DNA from: Myxococcales bacterium
GTDB lineage: Bacteria > Desulfobacterota > Binatia > HRBIN30
DNA: 64,000 bases
NCBI GenBank assembly: GCA_037445065.1
Contig: JBBILD010000012.1
Location: forward strand, 1-64,000
Reading direction: 5' to 3'
Shown one piece after another: positions 18,009 through 28,147 of this stretch; the first letter of the stretch is position 1, and every line of letters begins with the position of its first letter. Below the pieces are notes generated by a model. The model saw nothing but the letters and a program-made list of their open reading frames with translations. It had not been told where the DNA came from and did no database searches. Position numbers and translations under genes: made by a program.

Positions 18009-21000
18009 GGAAGGCAGCGGTTGAGCAGGCACGGCAGCGGAGAGTCCAGCGAGGCGCCCGTTGATTGCGGGGGCGGCCATTTTGAGAACCGTGACCGGCA
18101 ATGCCGAGGTGAATTCGTACTGAGCTGCCTCGCGTCCCGGTACATGCGCACTGACGACGCCAAAATACCGATCGCCAATAAAGAAGGCGAAGGTGGCGGT
18201 GCGGTTCACCGCTCGGGCGGAAATCAACCCGCCCCCAGCACGAAAGGTCTTGAAGCGGTTATCCCCCGACCCGGTCTTCCCTCCGACCGGTACCGGCTTC
18301 CCATCCGGCCCGAGAAAGGCGCCGCGAAGCCGGCGCGCGGTGCCGTTCTCGACCACGTCTACGAGCGCCTGCCGCAACGTACGCGCGACTTCGGGGCTCA
18401 TCACCCGCTCGCCCACATCGGGACGCGGCTCCAGCACCGTTTCGTATGGAGTGGCAGCGGCGAAATGCAGCCGCTGCACTCGGCGCAGCGGCCGCCTGAG
18501 GCCGTCGTTGACCAGGATTCCCATAAACTCGGCCAGGGCCATCGGCCGATCGGAAGAGTTGCCAATCGCCGTCGCCAGCGACGGCACCAGACGGGAGAAG
18601 GGGAAGCCCAAGCGTTGCCAATACGGCGTCATCCGAGCAAAGGCATCTTCTTCGATGCGGATCCGCAAGCGCAGGTTTTGCGCGCGCCGGTTCTTTCCTT
18701 TGAGGAGCCAAGCCGACACTTCCTCCGTCACCGGACGTGCCTCGGCGCGGAGCTGATCCCAACTCACTTCTCCGTCAGCCGCGAAACGCCCAGCGGCCCA
18801 CACGTCCATCGGGTGGCGCGAAAGCAGGTAGCCGTAATCGGACATCGTGAGGCGCGGGTTTTGGTAGGCGCGAAAGAGGCGGCGCACCTCACTGGGTTGC
18901 AACTGCACGCCATGGGCGCGAAGCCAGGCGGCGAGTTCTTCCTCGCTGCTACCCTGGCGCCAGGCGAAAAACACTATCGCCAAATGGCGCGGACTGGCCT
19001 CGTGCTTCCCGAGAAGACGGCTGACGATCTCCCGCTGGCTGAGGCCGTGGAAGCGCCGGTAAGCGCGCCGCAAATGTTGCTCTGCCTCGCGCGCGGCGAT
19101 CTCTCTGAGCATTTGCTGCCGAAGCGGATCCTGCGGGTCAGAAAGGACTCTCGCCGGGTCGTAGGGTAGCCGCCCCTGGTGGTAGCGAACCAAATCGCGC
19201 ATCAGGCGGATGAAGACCAGGTTCGTGGAGCGTCGAATCGCTTCCGCGACGCTCATGATGCGGCCATTGTCGTCTTTGTCGAAGTTCCCAAACGTATGCA
19301 CGCCCCCGCCAGTAAAGAAGGCTTCCCCCGGGCTTGCCGAGTAACGCCGCTCCATGGCGAGGCGCAGCAACTGCGATAGTTCGAGCTGCGGGTTTTGGGC
19401 TAGGGTGGCCACTGCCCACTGGGTAATCGGATCCCCTGGCCAGCGATTCGGATCTTTGCGCTCCTCCGGAGCGGCTTGCCGGTAGGCGTAAAAAACCTCC
19501 TCGACGAGCTCCAAATAATGCGCCAGGGTACGCGCTTTGGCCGTACTGCCTAGCTCCATCTTGATCCCCTCGTTGATGTCGAAGGGTCGGTCGAGATTGT
19601 CGGTGTGCACGCGAGCCAAGTTCCCGGTGTCGGTGCGCTCGTAAAGGAGGATGGAGTACAGTACTTTGCTGGGGTCTCCGGACCGCAACAGCCGCTCGGC
19701 CACGAGCCCGTGGGCGCGCACGAATTCCGGAGAACGTAAGTCCAGTAAGAGCTGAGTGAGTTTCTGCTGCAGCTCGGTGTCCACGGTGCTGTCCACGGTG
19801 AGATGCAAGCGGTGCAAGTCGTAGACATTGCTGACGCCGAGCAGCCGCATCAAATGCGCGCGCAGCGCATTGACCCCTTTGCGTTCGACCAGGGGCGGGG
19901 CCTCCGGGGGGATGGCGACGGGAAGAAACTCCACCCGCGCGGCTTGCGCCGCGCGCGCCACTGCCGGATCGATCAGCCCGTTCTGAACGAGCAGATCCAA
20001 ATAATGGTTCACGCGCTGTTCGAGGGCATCCCGCTGGTTGAGGAGGTACTCGCTCGGCGCGCGCACGGCGGCAATCAAGAGAAGCACCTGCTTCAGAGCT
20101 GCGGCCCGTGCGGGCGAGCTGGCTGGCTCGCGCAACTGCGCTAGCACGGTTTGCAAATCGCTCCCGAACCATGCGCGCAGCCCGGGTCCGAGCCCGTACA
20201 CTTCACCGAAGCCCGGGGCCGCGGAGAGCGGCAGCGTATTCAGGTAATCCACCACGATGGCCTCGCGCGCCGCCAGGGTGTTCTCACCCTCTCGGTAGGC
20301 CTTGAGGCTGGCGCCGAGGATCTGGCGGAGTTTCTCGACCGGGTCTTTGGTGCGACCGGCTGGGGAATGGCGGTACTTCTCGAGTTGCACAGCCAGCGTG
20401 CTGCCTCCCGGCGTCCCACCGGCGACGCCGAGGAGGCGTCCATAGGCGAAGGAAGCCGCGGCGCGGAGCAAGCGGTCCCACTCAATGGCCGGATTCGAGC
20501 GAGGATCCCGAGATTCGAGGAGTTCGCGGTTCTCGATAAACAGGAGTGCGCGGACCAGGTCCTGCGGCAAATCCTCGAATCGTTCGATGATGCCCTGAAC
20601 CGATGCCGTGTTGAGCAGGACGGTGCCGTCCGGGCTCCGCACCACGAGGCCGGCCACCGGTGGCTCCCGATACGGCGGGCTGATGCGATGGCGGAGAAGC
20701 CACACCAGCATCTCCGACTGCTCGGCCTGTGCCGTAATGCGGAAGCCCTCCTCGTAGAGCCGAGTGAAAAACTCGGGGAGCTGCGCGTAACCCCGGTGCC
20801 AGTCGAACGGCCCAGTGGGTGGGAAGGCGAAGTGTTCCGCCACGCCCGGGCGCACCTCGAAGGTGGCCAGCGTGGCCCAGCGGTGAAACAGGCGCGCTTG
20901 CCAAGCCGAAGTCTCGATCTCGTGCGTCAAAGCCGCGCCCGCGGCCAGACCGGTGGCAAACTGCAAGAGATGAAACAGTCTCCGAAGTGCAGACAAAGTG

Positions 21001-21089
21001 ACGCGGGCCACCGAGACCCACCGACTCGGTGTGGCTTCGGGGACTGATTCCAACGGCTCTGTTACGACGGACGATGTCGGTTCTGACAC
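17964..21089 (-). CDS. Large bifunctional penicillin-binding protein (transglycosylase/transpeptidase)
   Basis: LLFIENR and GGSTLAVQL (GT51); STAK, STN and KTG transpeptidase motifs. Start uncertain. Confidence 0.85.
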   Translation of the reverse strand: MSEPTSSVVTEPLESVPEATPSRWVSVARVTLSALRRLFHLLQFATGLAAGAALTHEIETSAWQARLFHRWATLATFEVRPGVAEHFAFPPTGPFDWHRGYAQLPEFFTRLYEEGFRITAQAEQSEMLVWLLRHRISPPYREPPVAGLVVRSPDGTVLLNTASVQGIIERFEDLPQDLVRALLFIENRELLESRDPRSNPAIEWDRLLRAAASFAYGRLLGVAGGTPGGSTLAVQLEKYRHSPAGRTKDPVEKLRQILGASLKAYREGENTLAAREAIVVDYLNTLPLSAAPGFGEVYGLGPGLRAWFGSDLQTVLAQLREPASSPARAAALKQVLLLIAAVRAPSEYLLNQRDALEQRVNHYLDLLVQNGLIDPAVARAAQAARVEFLPVAIPPEAPPLVERKGVNALRAHLMRLLGVSNVYDLHRLHLTVDSTVDTELQQKLTQLLLDLRSPEFVRAHGLVAERLLRSGDPSKVLYSILLYERTDTGNLARVHTDNLDRPFDINEGIKMELGSTAKARTLAHYLELVEEVFYAYRQAAPEERKDPNRWPGDPITQWAVATLAQNPQLELSQLLRLAMERRYSASPGEAFFTGGGVHTFGNFDKDDNGRIMSVAEAIRRSTNLVFIRLMRDLVRYHQGRLPYDPARVLSDPQDPLRQQMLREIAAREAEQHLRRAYRRFHGLSQREIVSRLLGKHEASPRHLAIVFFAWRQGSSEEELAAWLRAHGVQLQPSEVRRLFRAYQNPRLTMSDYGYLLSRHPMDVWAAGRFAADGEVSWDQLRAEARPVTEEVSAWLLKGKNRRAQNLRLRIRIEEDAFARMTPYWQRLGFPFSRLVPSLATAIGNSSDRPMALAEFMGILVNDGLRRPLRRVQRLHFAAATPYETVLEPRPDVGERVMSPEVARTLRQALVDVVENGTARRLRGAFLGPDGKPVPVGGKTGSGDNRFKTFRAGGGLISARAVNRTATFAFFIGDRYFGVVSAHVPGREAAQYEFTSALPVTVLKMAAPAINGRLAGLSAAVPAQPLPSSGSSRAEEPNPEED

Positions 21090-21255
21090 CCGTGTTCCAC
21101 TCTCGAGCGGATCCGCTCTTACACTGAATGCGCCAGGGAATCTAGCAGGAAGAGCGCTGCGGGAACGAGCCGTCCACAAGGTTGCAAAGCGTCGCTTGCC
21201 GGAGCGATTGCGCCACTCGGTCCCTTCGCCATAATGGGTCCCGGAGGTGAGACCG

Positions 21256-22587
21256 ATGGCGGGAAAGAACTCGCTCACGATTATCGACAACCGGACCGGC
21301 AAGCAGTACGAAATTCCCATCGAGCACAACGCGATCCGGGCTGCCGACCTCAAGCAAATCCGCGTGGATGAGAACGACCCCGGGCTCTTGTCTTATGACC
21401 CGGCGCTGACCAACACGGCCACATGCAAGAGCCGCATCACGTTCATTGACGGCGAACGAGGCATTCTGCGTTATCGCGGCTACCCGATCGAGGAGCTCGC
21501 CGAGAAGAGCAACTACCTGGAAACGGCCTACCTGATTGTGAAGGGGGAGCTTCCGGACGCCAAGCACTTCGCCGCCTGGCGCCAGAACATCACCAACCAC
21601 ACCATGGTGCACGAGAACATCAAGACCTTCATCGAAGGCTTCCGGTACGACGCCCATCCGATGGGGATCCTGGTGGGTACCATTGGGGCCATGTCCACAT
21701 TCTACCCAGATGCAAAGAACATCTTCGATCTCGAATCGCGCCGGCTGCAGACACGCCGGCTGATCGGCAAGATGCCGACCATTGCCGCCTGGGCGTACCG
21801 CAAGATGCGGGGACTCCCGTACGTCTATCCCGACAACGACCTGAGTTACACGGGTAACTTCATGTCCATGTTGTGGAAAATGACCGAACTCAAGTACCGC
21901 CCCGATCCGGTGTTAGAGCGGGCGTTAGACATCCTTTTTATCCTGCACGCCGACCACGAGCAGAATTGCTCCACCAATGCGCTGCGCAGCGTGGCGAGCT
22001 CCCAGGTAGACCCCTACTCCGCGGTCGCCGCTGCTGTGGCGGCCTTGTACGGGCCACTGCACGGCGGCGCTAACGAAGCCGTGATCCGCATGTTGATGGA
22101 GATCGGGTCAGTCAGCCGGGTGCCGGAGTACATCAAGAAGTTCAAATCCGGGGAAGGCCGTCTGATGGGGTTTGGGCACAGGGTGTACAAAAACTACGAT
22201 CCGCGCGCGAAAATCATCAAGCGCGTTGCTTACGAGGTGTTCGAGGTCACGGGCAAGAACCCGTTGATTGATATTGCCCTCGAACTCGAGCGGATTGCCC
22301 TGCAAGACGACTACTTTGTGCAGCGCAAGCTATACCCGAACGTAGATTTCTATTCTGGCATCATTTACCAGGCCATGGGCTTTCCGCTCACCATGTTCCC
22401 GGTGCTATTCGCAATCCCGCGTACCTCCGGCTGGATGGCCCAGTGGGCCGAAATGGTGCGCGATCCCGAGCAGAAAATCACGCGCCCGCGCCAGATCTAC
22501 ATTGGCGAGCCCGAGCGGCACTACATCCCGATCGAAGAACGGCCGGAGCCCACCCAGAGAGAAGACGCGGTGAGCGAGGCGATTTGA
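21256..22587 (+). CDS. gltA: Citrate synthase
   Basis: ILHADHEQNCST, GPLHGGANE, MGFGHRVYK, YPNVDFYSG. Confidence 0.97.
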   Translation: MAGKNSLTIIDNRTGKQYEIPIEHNAIRAADLKQIRVDENDPGLLSYDPALTNTATCKSRITFIDGERGILRYRGYPIEELAEKSNYLETAYLIVKGELPDAKHFAAWRQNITNHTMVHENIKTFIEGFRYDAHPMGILVGTIGAMSTFYPDAKNIFDLESRRLQTRRLIGKMPTIAAWAYRKMRGLPYVYPDNDLSYTGNFMSMLWKMTELKYRPDPVLERALDILFILHADHEQNCSTNALRSVASSQVDPYSAVAAAVAALYGPLHGGANEAVIRMLMEIGSVSRVPEYIKKFKSGEGRLMGFGHRVYKNYDPRAKIIKRVAYEVFEVTGKNPLIDIALELERIALQDDYFVQRKLYPNVDFYSGIIYQAMGFPLTMFPVLFAIPRTSGWMAQWAEMVRDPEQKITRPRQIYIGEPERHYIPIEERPEPTQREDAVSEAI

Positions 22588-22930
22588 CCAGCGCGGCAAC
22601 CCGTGGGCCGGGCAGAGTTGGCGTCTGGCCCACAGGAACCAAATGAAAGCGCGGCCACCGCTCCCCTCGAACCGCCGCTCCCGAGAGGCGACGAGCGGCT
22701 GTTTCGCCCTTCGGCCCGGTCAGGTGTGCAACCGATTCCCTTGGCGAGGAGTGCCCACGGTGCTCTAAGCCTTTCCGTCGGGCGCGATCTCCACACGCAA
22801 GCGACAGGCCCAGCCTCGGCCGTCTGCCGCTCGCACAGCTTCCGCGCCGTCCCTCACTCGCAGAGAGCGGGTTTCGAGCGGCAGGTACCGGCTCGATTTG
22901 GCCTGAGCCAAAGCCCTCGGCAGCGGCTCC

Positions 22931-24457
22931 TCATGGGCCGCAGGTTACCTGGAAGGCAAAGGCGAGCGAGCCGATTTGTGACGAGCACGGCAGGATGAAT
23001 CCGCCGCTCAGCTTACCGCCCGTCAGGTCGCTGCTGTCCACGTAATTTGTAGGCGGCTGACCCGAGGTCCCAGGCCCGTTGCTGTTCGGGGCAAGACCTG
23101 TGAACCCTTGCCCCGCGTAGGTGAGGCTAAAAGAATCCGGGGAACAGCTTCCTTGGTGGCAGCTTGCATCTACAACCTGCACCGTTGTCGTTCCGGTCGT
23201 CAACACCGCTGGCACAACATCCGCATCGTGTGAAGTTCCCGAGCATGACCCGTTGGTGATGGCAACCCGCAGTGTCTGAATGATCACCGCGTCACCTTGG
23301 TCCAAAGAGGAACCTGAAAGTCCGAGCTGCAAGTCACCAGCGGGCGCGCCCGTATCAGCGCAAGTGGCCGGCCCGGCTGGTCGTTTCGCAGCATTGAACA
23401 CGGAGCAACTTCCACTCCCACAACTGCCGCCCGGCGATACGTCTTGGCAAAGGGTTGCGTCTTTCAGCCCCCCTGCATATGGGCTCTCGAGAATATTAGC
23501 GTCCAGTGGGATCGTCCCGCCCGTATTGCCACCATACCCGATCCGACATGAGGGAGACAATAAACTCGCTCCTCTAGCCCAACCAGAAGCTGCGACTTGG
23601 CCAATACAAGCAGTCTTGCCAAAAAATTCGCTCGAAGATAGCGCGTTGAGGTTTCTACCCGGCGCGCCCACCACGGCAAAGTCGCACCCGGTATACAAGG
23701 GAAAGTTGCAAAAGTGGTACACAAACTCACCCTGCAGGGTTGGGTTCTCGGTGCCTGGGCTCTCTCCACAAGCTTGAGCTGTTGCCAGCGACGCCGATGT
23801 GTCCACACGACAGGACAACTGGTGGCACGGTGGAGCAGACAGGACAGCGCAGTAGTTCCACCCGTCGTTTAACGGTGAGCCGTCCGGCTTGGTCGAGCAC
23901 GACCCATTGGAGGGATTCCCATCGGGATTCGCGAGGGCCGCCATGATCTCGGGAAACTCCGGTACAGCGGCGAGCTGGCGTTCGTATGCCTGTTTGAGCA
24001 TGGCCATCATCAACCAGCGGGACCAGAGTTCGTTCAGCGGATTGTGAGGCAGGAGACCAAGGCGAAACTGATCGTCGTCGTAGGCACAGGTGCCCCTCTC
24101 CAGCAATTGGTAGAGTCTGAAGTACGTCTTTTCTGCCTTCCCTGCTCCGGACTGGGTCCCAACAAGCGCCCCGTTTGTGGGCGCCCCAATCGCCTTGCCG
24201 AGCTTTTTGCCGCACGCCACGGCCTTACTCTCGAGCGCCGCGATCCGATTCGGGTTGGTCGGCGATGGGTATTGGATATCCACTTTTCGATACTGATCCA
24301 CGCACCACTGAAAAGCCCTACTGGCCTGCTCTTGGAACGACCGCGTCAGCGAGTTGATCCTCTTCTGGCAGCGGTCGAAGCTTTGCGCGGATGCTTGCCC
24401 CGCCGAGAGGAACCAGAACGCTGTGCAGGCTAAACCCCAATGAAGTTTTCGTGACAT
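22931..24457 (-). CDS. Secreted cysteine-rich hypothetical protein
   Basis: Long ORF, SD GGAGGAG before ATG 24457, signal peptide ending ASA-Q, many Cys. Confidence 0.75.
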   Translation of the reverse strand: MSRKLHWGLACTAFWFLSAGQASAQSFDRCQKRINSLTRSFQEQASRAFQWCVDQYRKVDIQYPSPTNPNRIAALESKAVACGKKLGKAIGAPTNGALVGTQSGAGKAEKTYFRLYQLLERGTCAYDDDQFRLGLLPHNPLNELWSRWLMMAMLKQAYERQLAAVPEFPEIMAALANPDGNPSNGSCSTKPDGSPLNDGWNYCAVLSAPPCHQLSCRVDTSASLATAQACGESPGTENPTLQGEFVYHFCNFPLYTGCDFAVVGAPGRNLNALSSSEFFGKTACIGQVAASGWARGASLLSPSCRIGYGGNTGGTIPLDANILESPYAGGLKDATLCQDVSPGGSCGSGSCSVFNAAKRPAGPATCADTGAPAGDLQLGLSGSSLDQGDAVIIQTLRVAITNGSCSGTSHDADVVPAVLTTGTTTVQVVDASCHQGSCSPDSFSLTYAGQGFTGLAPNSNGPGTSGQPPTNYVDSSDLTGGKLSGGFILPCSSQIGSLAFAFQVTCGP

Positions 24458-24792
24458 AGGACTCCCTCCCCGAGAAAAAGTAAGAGTGTGAGAACCATAA
24501 AACTCTCTCGCTTCTGCTATACCGTACAACCCTTAAGCAATAAGAAAACTACTGGCCCTGCTAAAACGCTTCGGCCGGCCTCGCCGAAACTTGCGCGGAC
24601 AGACTGCGCGGGAGGCAGCAGTACAGCGGGGTTTCAGCGTGCCCGATTTCGCCTCACTGGAGGAATCGGCGCCGATCGCGTACCGCGAAATCCGGGGTCG
24701 GGCAGCCGCGGCTGCTGCTTTCGAATTTTGCCGGTCCTTGCAGCGCAGGGCACGAGGGGGTGTCTGCGCGCCGCAGGTCCAACCGCAAACGG

Positions 24793-25278
24793 TCAGGCAG
24801 CCCCTAGGGGTTCGCGCCACTCGAGCGGCTGGTCCACGAACGCCCGCTGCTTGGCATCCCAGCGAAACGCCCGCACTGCGACCACCTTGGCGCTGCGAAC
24901 CGAAACAACGATTTGGGCCGCTGCAGCGTAATTCGGGTCTTCCAGCCAAGGCTCCGCCGCAGCACGGTCTTCGGTGGAAAAGTACGCGTCGTGCTCGGGG
25001 TGCGAGTGATAAAACGCCAGCAGCTGAATCTCCCCGCGGTATGCAGCTTCCAGATATGGTTCGACTTCCCGGTAGCTCATGGCGTAGGCCGTGGCTGCGG
25101 TGCGCGGGAACGCGACCGGGTCGCGCGCATGTAGCTCGTTTTGCACGTTTGTGATGCGCACCGCTTGCTGCCGCCCCTCGCGCGTAAAAACCAGGCCACA
25201 GCACTCCTCTGGGTAGGCGGCCACTGCGTGTTCGGCGATGGCTCGTTGCACCTCTGGTTCGATGTGCAGCATGTTCAC
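24793..25278 (-). CDS. JAB/MPN+ (M67) metallopeptidase, Mec-like
   Basis: YPEECCG and JAMM motif YHSHPEHDAYFSTED. Confidence 0.9.
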   Translation of the reverse strand: MNMLHIEPEVQRAIAEHAVAAYPEECCGLVFTREGRQQAVRITNVQNELHARDPVAFPRTAATAYAMSYREVEPYLEAAYRGEIQLLAFYHSHPEHDAYFSTEDRAAAEPWLEDPNYAAAAQIVVSVRSAKVVAVRAFRWDAKQRAFVDQPLEWREPLGAA

Positions 25279-26237
25279 TCCTTTTCTTGAACTGGCCGCG
25301 CATTGCTACGCGCCCGAAGCAGCCGGGTGAGCAGTTCGTTGCAAGTCACATCTACCCCCAGCTCTTGCCCAAGGCGCCACACGGCTCCGTTGATCGCTTC
25401 GATTTCTGTCGGGCGGCCACGTTCGAGGTCCTGTAACATCGAAGAGCGGTGGCGGTACGTAGCGGGTACCAGGCGGCCGTAAAAATGGGCCCGGTATGCT
25501 TCTGCAGAACTCCATGGCAGCGCGATGCCCTTCGCGCGTGCCACTGCAAAGGCTTCGCGGATAATCCGGTCCATCAAGGCTCGGGTGTCTTCGTCTTCGG
25601 CGAGGCGTCCGTAATGGCAACCGAGCAAGGCTCCGAGTGGATTGAGGGCGGCGTTGTACAGGAGCTTCCCCCACAGCTCGGCGTGGATGTCCTCGCACCA
25701 CTCGCTACTGATCCCAGCGGCAGAGAGGTGGGCTGCGAGATGCCGAGCTTGTTCGACGCTCGCCGGTCGGTGCGGGCAGTACGCCCCGATGCGCACCGGT
25801 TCGGCGCTGACCGTGACCTCCGCCCACCCGGGCTCGACAAGGCGTGCACCAAAAATCACGCGCGCACCCAGCAGCGCTTCCGAGGGCACCCTGGCAGCCA
25901 GAAGTTCGAGGTTTCCGATGCCGTTTTGCGCCGAGACCACCACGCCATCCTCTTTGCGCCAGCGTGCAGCCAAGGAACGGACTCGACGTGTATCGTAACT
26001 CTTCACGGTGACCCAGACGCAGTCCGCCGGCGCGGCAATGGCCTGCGGATCCGAGAGCGCGTGCAAACCATCTACGCGAAACTCTCCGAAAAGCCCCGTG
26101 ATGCGCAGCCCTGTCTGGGCGATCGCTGCCATGTGGGGGGCGCGCCCGAGCAGGGTCACGCGATCGCCCGCGCGGGCGAGAAACGCCCCGAGCACGGAGC
26201 CCACCGCTCCTGCCCCAAGCACCAAAACATCGGCCAT
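25275..26237 (-). CDS. panE: 2-dehydropantoate 2-reductase
   Basis: GAGAVG, VKSY, QNGIG, WGKLLYNAALN, SSMLQD, EIEAING. Confidence 0.92.
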   Translation of the reverse strand: MADVLVLGAGAVGSVLGAFLARAGDRVTLLGRAPHMAAIAQTGLRITGLFGEFRVDGLHALSDPQAIAAPADCVWVTVKSYDTRRVRSLAARWRKEDGVVVSAQNGIGNLELLAARVPSEALLGARVIFGARLVEPGWAEVTVSAEPVRIGAYCPHRPASVEQARHLAAHLSAAGISSEWCEDIHAELWGKLLYNAALNPLGALLGCHYGRLAEDEDTRALMDRIIREAFAVARAKGIALPWSSAEAYRAHFYGRLVPATYRHRSSMLQDLERGRPTEIEAINGAVWRLGQELGVDVTCNELLTRLLRARSNARPVQEKE

Positions 26238-26321
26238 GGAGCGGTCTTTACCAAAGCAAGCATGCGAACGAGAACCGACTCACTTGCGACTTTGTCGGAG
26301 CCTCACTAGACGCGCGCCGCG

Positions 26322-28088
26322 ATGCCGCCGCGTACAAAGGCTCGATCCCGCGCAATCGTGTTGCGTCGGGAACAACGTCTCGCTCAGGAACGTGTCCACC
26401 AGTCGTGGGTCGCCCTCGTGCTCATTGCACTGTTTGCCTTTGCCGTACGGGCCGTGCACTTGTTGGCTACCGCCGACTCCGCCGCGCGAACCGTGCTGTT
26501 GACGAACGAAGCCCGCTACGATGCATGGGCGCGCGCGATTTTGGCGGGCACAGCGCCGCAACCGCCCTTCGACCAGCCACCGCTTTATGCGTGGGTTGTG
26601 GCGACCGTGTATGCACTGGCCGGCAGCGAACCATCTGCGGTGTTGTGGATGCAAGCGTTGGCCGATGCAGGTCACTGCCTGCTCCTCGGGTGGGTAGCGG
26701 CGAGCGTATTCGGCCCCCGGGCAGGCTACGCGGCTGGCCTGTTGGCGGCCCTGTACGGCCCTTTCGTTGCGCACGTCGGGCAATTACTGCCTGCGTCGCT
26801 CGCGGTGCTGCTCTTGACCACCGCCTGCACTGCGGTGCTGCGCCGCTCGGTGCCGCTGTCGAGCGGAACGTGGCTTGCGGCAGTTGCGCTGCGCCCGGAG
26901 TTCTTCGCCGCAGCACTGCTCGTTACCGTTTGGAGTTGGGCACGCGGGCAGCTCCGGTTGGCGAGGGGTGTTTTGCTTGGCGCCCTGTTTGCGGTGGCGG
27001 GAGGGAGCCTGGTAGTTTCGCTTGCTGCCTGGCGGCCACTGCCGTACTCCACCGGTCTAGGCCTCAACCTATGGCTTGGAAACAACCCGGCCGCGGACGG
27101 CGTGAATCCGCTGGTGCCGCGCAGCCAAGAGGGGTTCGCCGAGCGGGTGCGTTTCGAGGCTGGCGGCGACGCGTGGAAGGCTGAGCGCGCATTTTTCCGA
27201 GCCGCGGTTGCATTCTGGCGAGACTTTCCGCGCCCTGCGCTCGAGCTTGCCTGGAAGAAGCTTCGCTGGACCTTTACGGACCGCGAGCTACCGAACACGG
27301 TGGACCTTCAGTGGGCTCTTTCTGCAAGTCCCCTCTTTCGCTTCCCGTTTCTGTTGGGGTTTGGTGCGCTCTTCGTTCTGGCAGCGGCGGGACTGCCCCT
27401 GTTGCGCGGGCGGCTCGAGGCGCTGTGGCCGTTCTGGGCCGTGGCGGCAATTGCGACGGCCACCTGCGTGCTGTTTTTTACCAACGCCCGCTTCCGGCTG
27501 CCCATGGCGCCGCTCTTGGTGGTGCTAGCAGGTGGGACACTGAGCGAGTTGCTTGCCCGCATTCAGGGGTTTCGGCACCACCGCATGAGGCGGGCCCAGG
27601 CGCTTGCTGTCGTCGGCTGTGCTACCGCAGCGGCTTGGCTTGTCTATTCGAACCCCTACGGGGTTCGCTTCTACCGCGTTCCGGGGTTGTTGGCGAACGC
27701 TGGAATCGCGGAGCGCTTGGCTGGCAAGCCGTCGCAGGCCATCGCCTGGTTGGAAAAGGCGCTTGCACTCGATCCGGGAGATGAAATTGCCTGGGTGCAC
27801 CTCGTGCTGGCTTGGCAACAGACGGGAAACGCTCGTGCGGCGCTGCGTGCGTTGCTGCAGGCGGGCGAGCGCCTGGGGAGGGCGCCGGATCTCGAACGCG
27901 CAGCGCAAGATTTTTTTGGGCGCCATCGCCTTCCGTGGGAGCGTTGGGTGGCGTACCGGGCGACCATGGAGCCGGGCACCCGTGCTGCATTCGTGCGGGA
28001 GCTGGAGGCCTTGCTCTTGGCCGGGGACCAGCCCCGGGTGCCAAGCCGCACACCGGGAGCGATTGATTCGAGCCCGCAAAAACCGTAA
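26322..28088 (+). CDS. Membrane glycosyltransferase (GT-C, PMT/ArnT-like) with C-terminal TPR
   Basis: QPPLY, GLNLWLGNNP, ARFRLP, many TM segments, LEKALALDP. Confidence 0.75.
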   Translation: MPPRTKARSRAIVLRREQRLAQERVHQSWVALVLIALFAFAVRAVHLLATADSAARTVLLTNEARYDAWARAILAGTAPQPPFDQPPLYAWVVATVYALAGSEPSAVLWMQALADAGHCLLLGWVAASVFGPRAGYAAGLLAALYGPFVAHVGQLLPASLAVLLLTTACTAVLRRSVPLSSGTWLAAVALRPEFFAAALLVTVWSWARGQLRLARGVLLGALFAVAGGSLVVSLAAWRPLPYSTGLGLNLWLGNNPAADGVNPLVPRSQEGFAERVRFEAGGDAWKAERAFFRAAVAFWRDFPRPALELAWKKLRWTFTDRELPNTVDLQWALSASPLFRFPFLLGFGALFVLAAAGLPLLRGRLEALWPFWAVAAIATATCVLFFTNARFRLPMAPLLVVLAGGTLSELLARIQGFRHHRMRRAQALAVVGCATAAAWLVYSNPYGVRFYRVPGLLANAGIAERLAGKPSQAIAWLEKALALDPGDEIAWVHLVLAWQQTGNARAALRALLQAGERLGRAPDLERAAQDFFGRHRLPWERWVAYRATMEPGTRAAFVRELEALLLAGDQPRVPSRTPGAIDSSPQKP

Positions 28089-28147
28089 GCAAAGCCGTAC
28101 GAACAAGCGTTCGCTTGAGTCGCCCTGCAGGGGCTGAGGGAGGAGCA

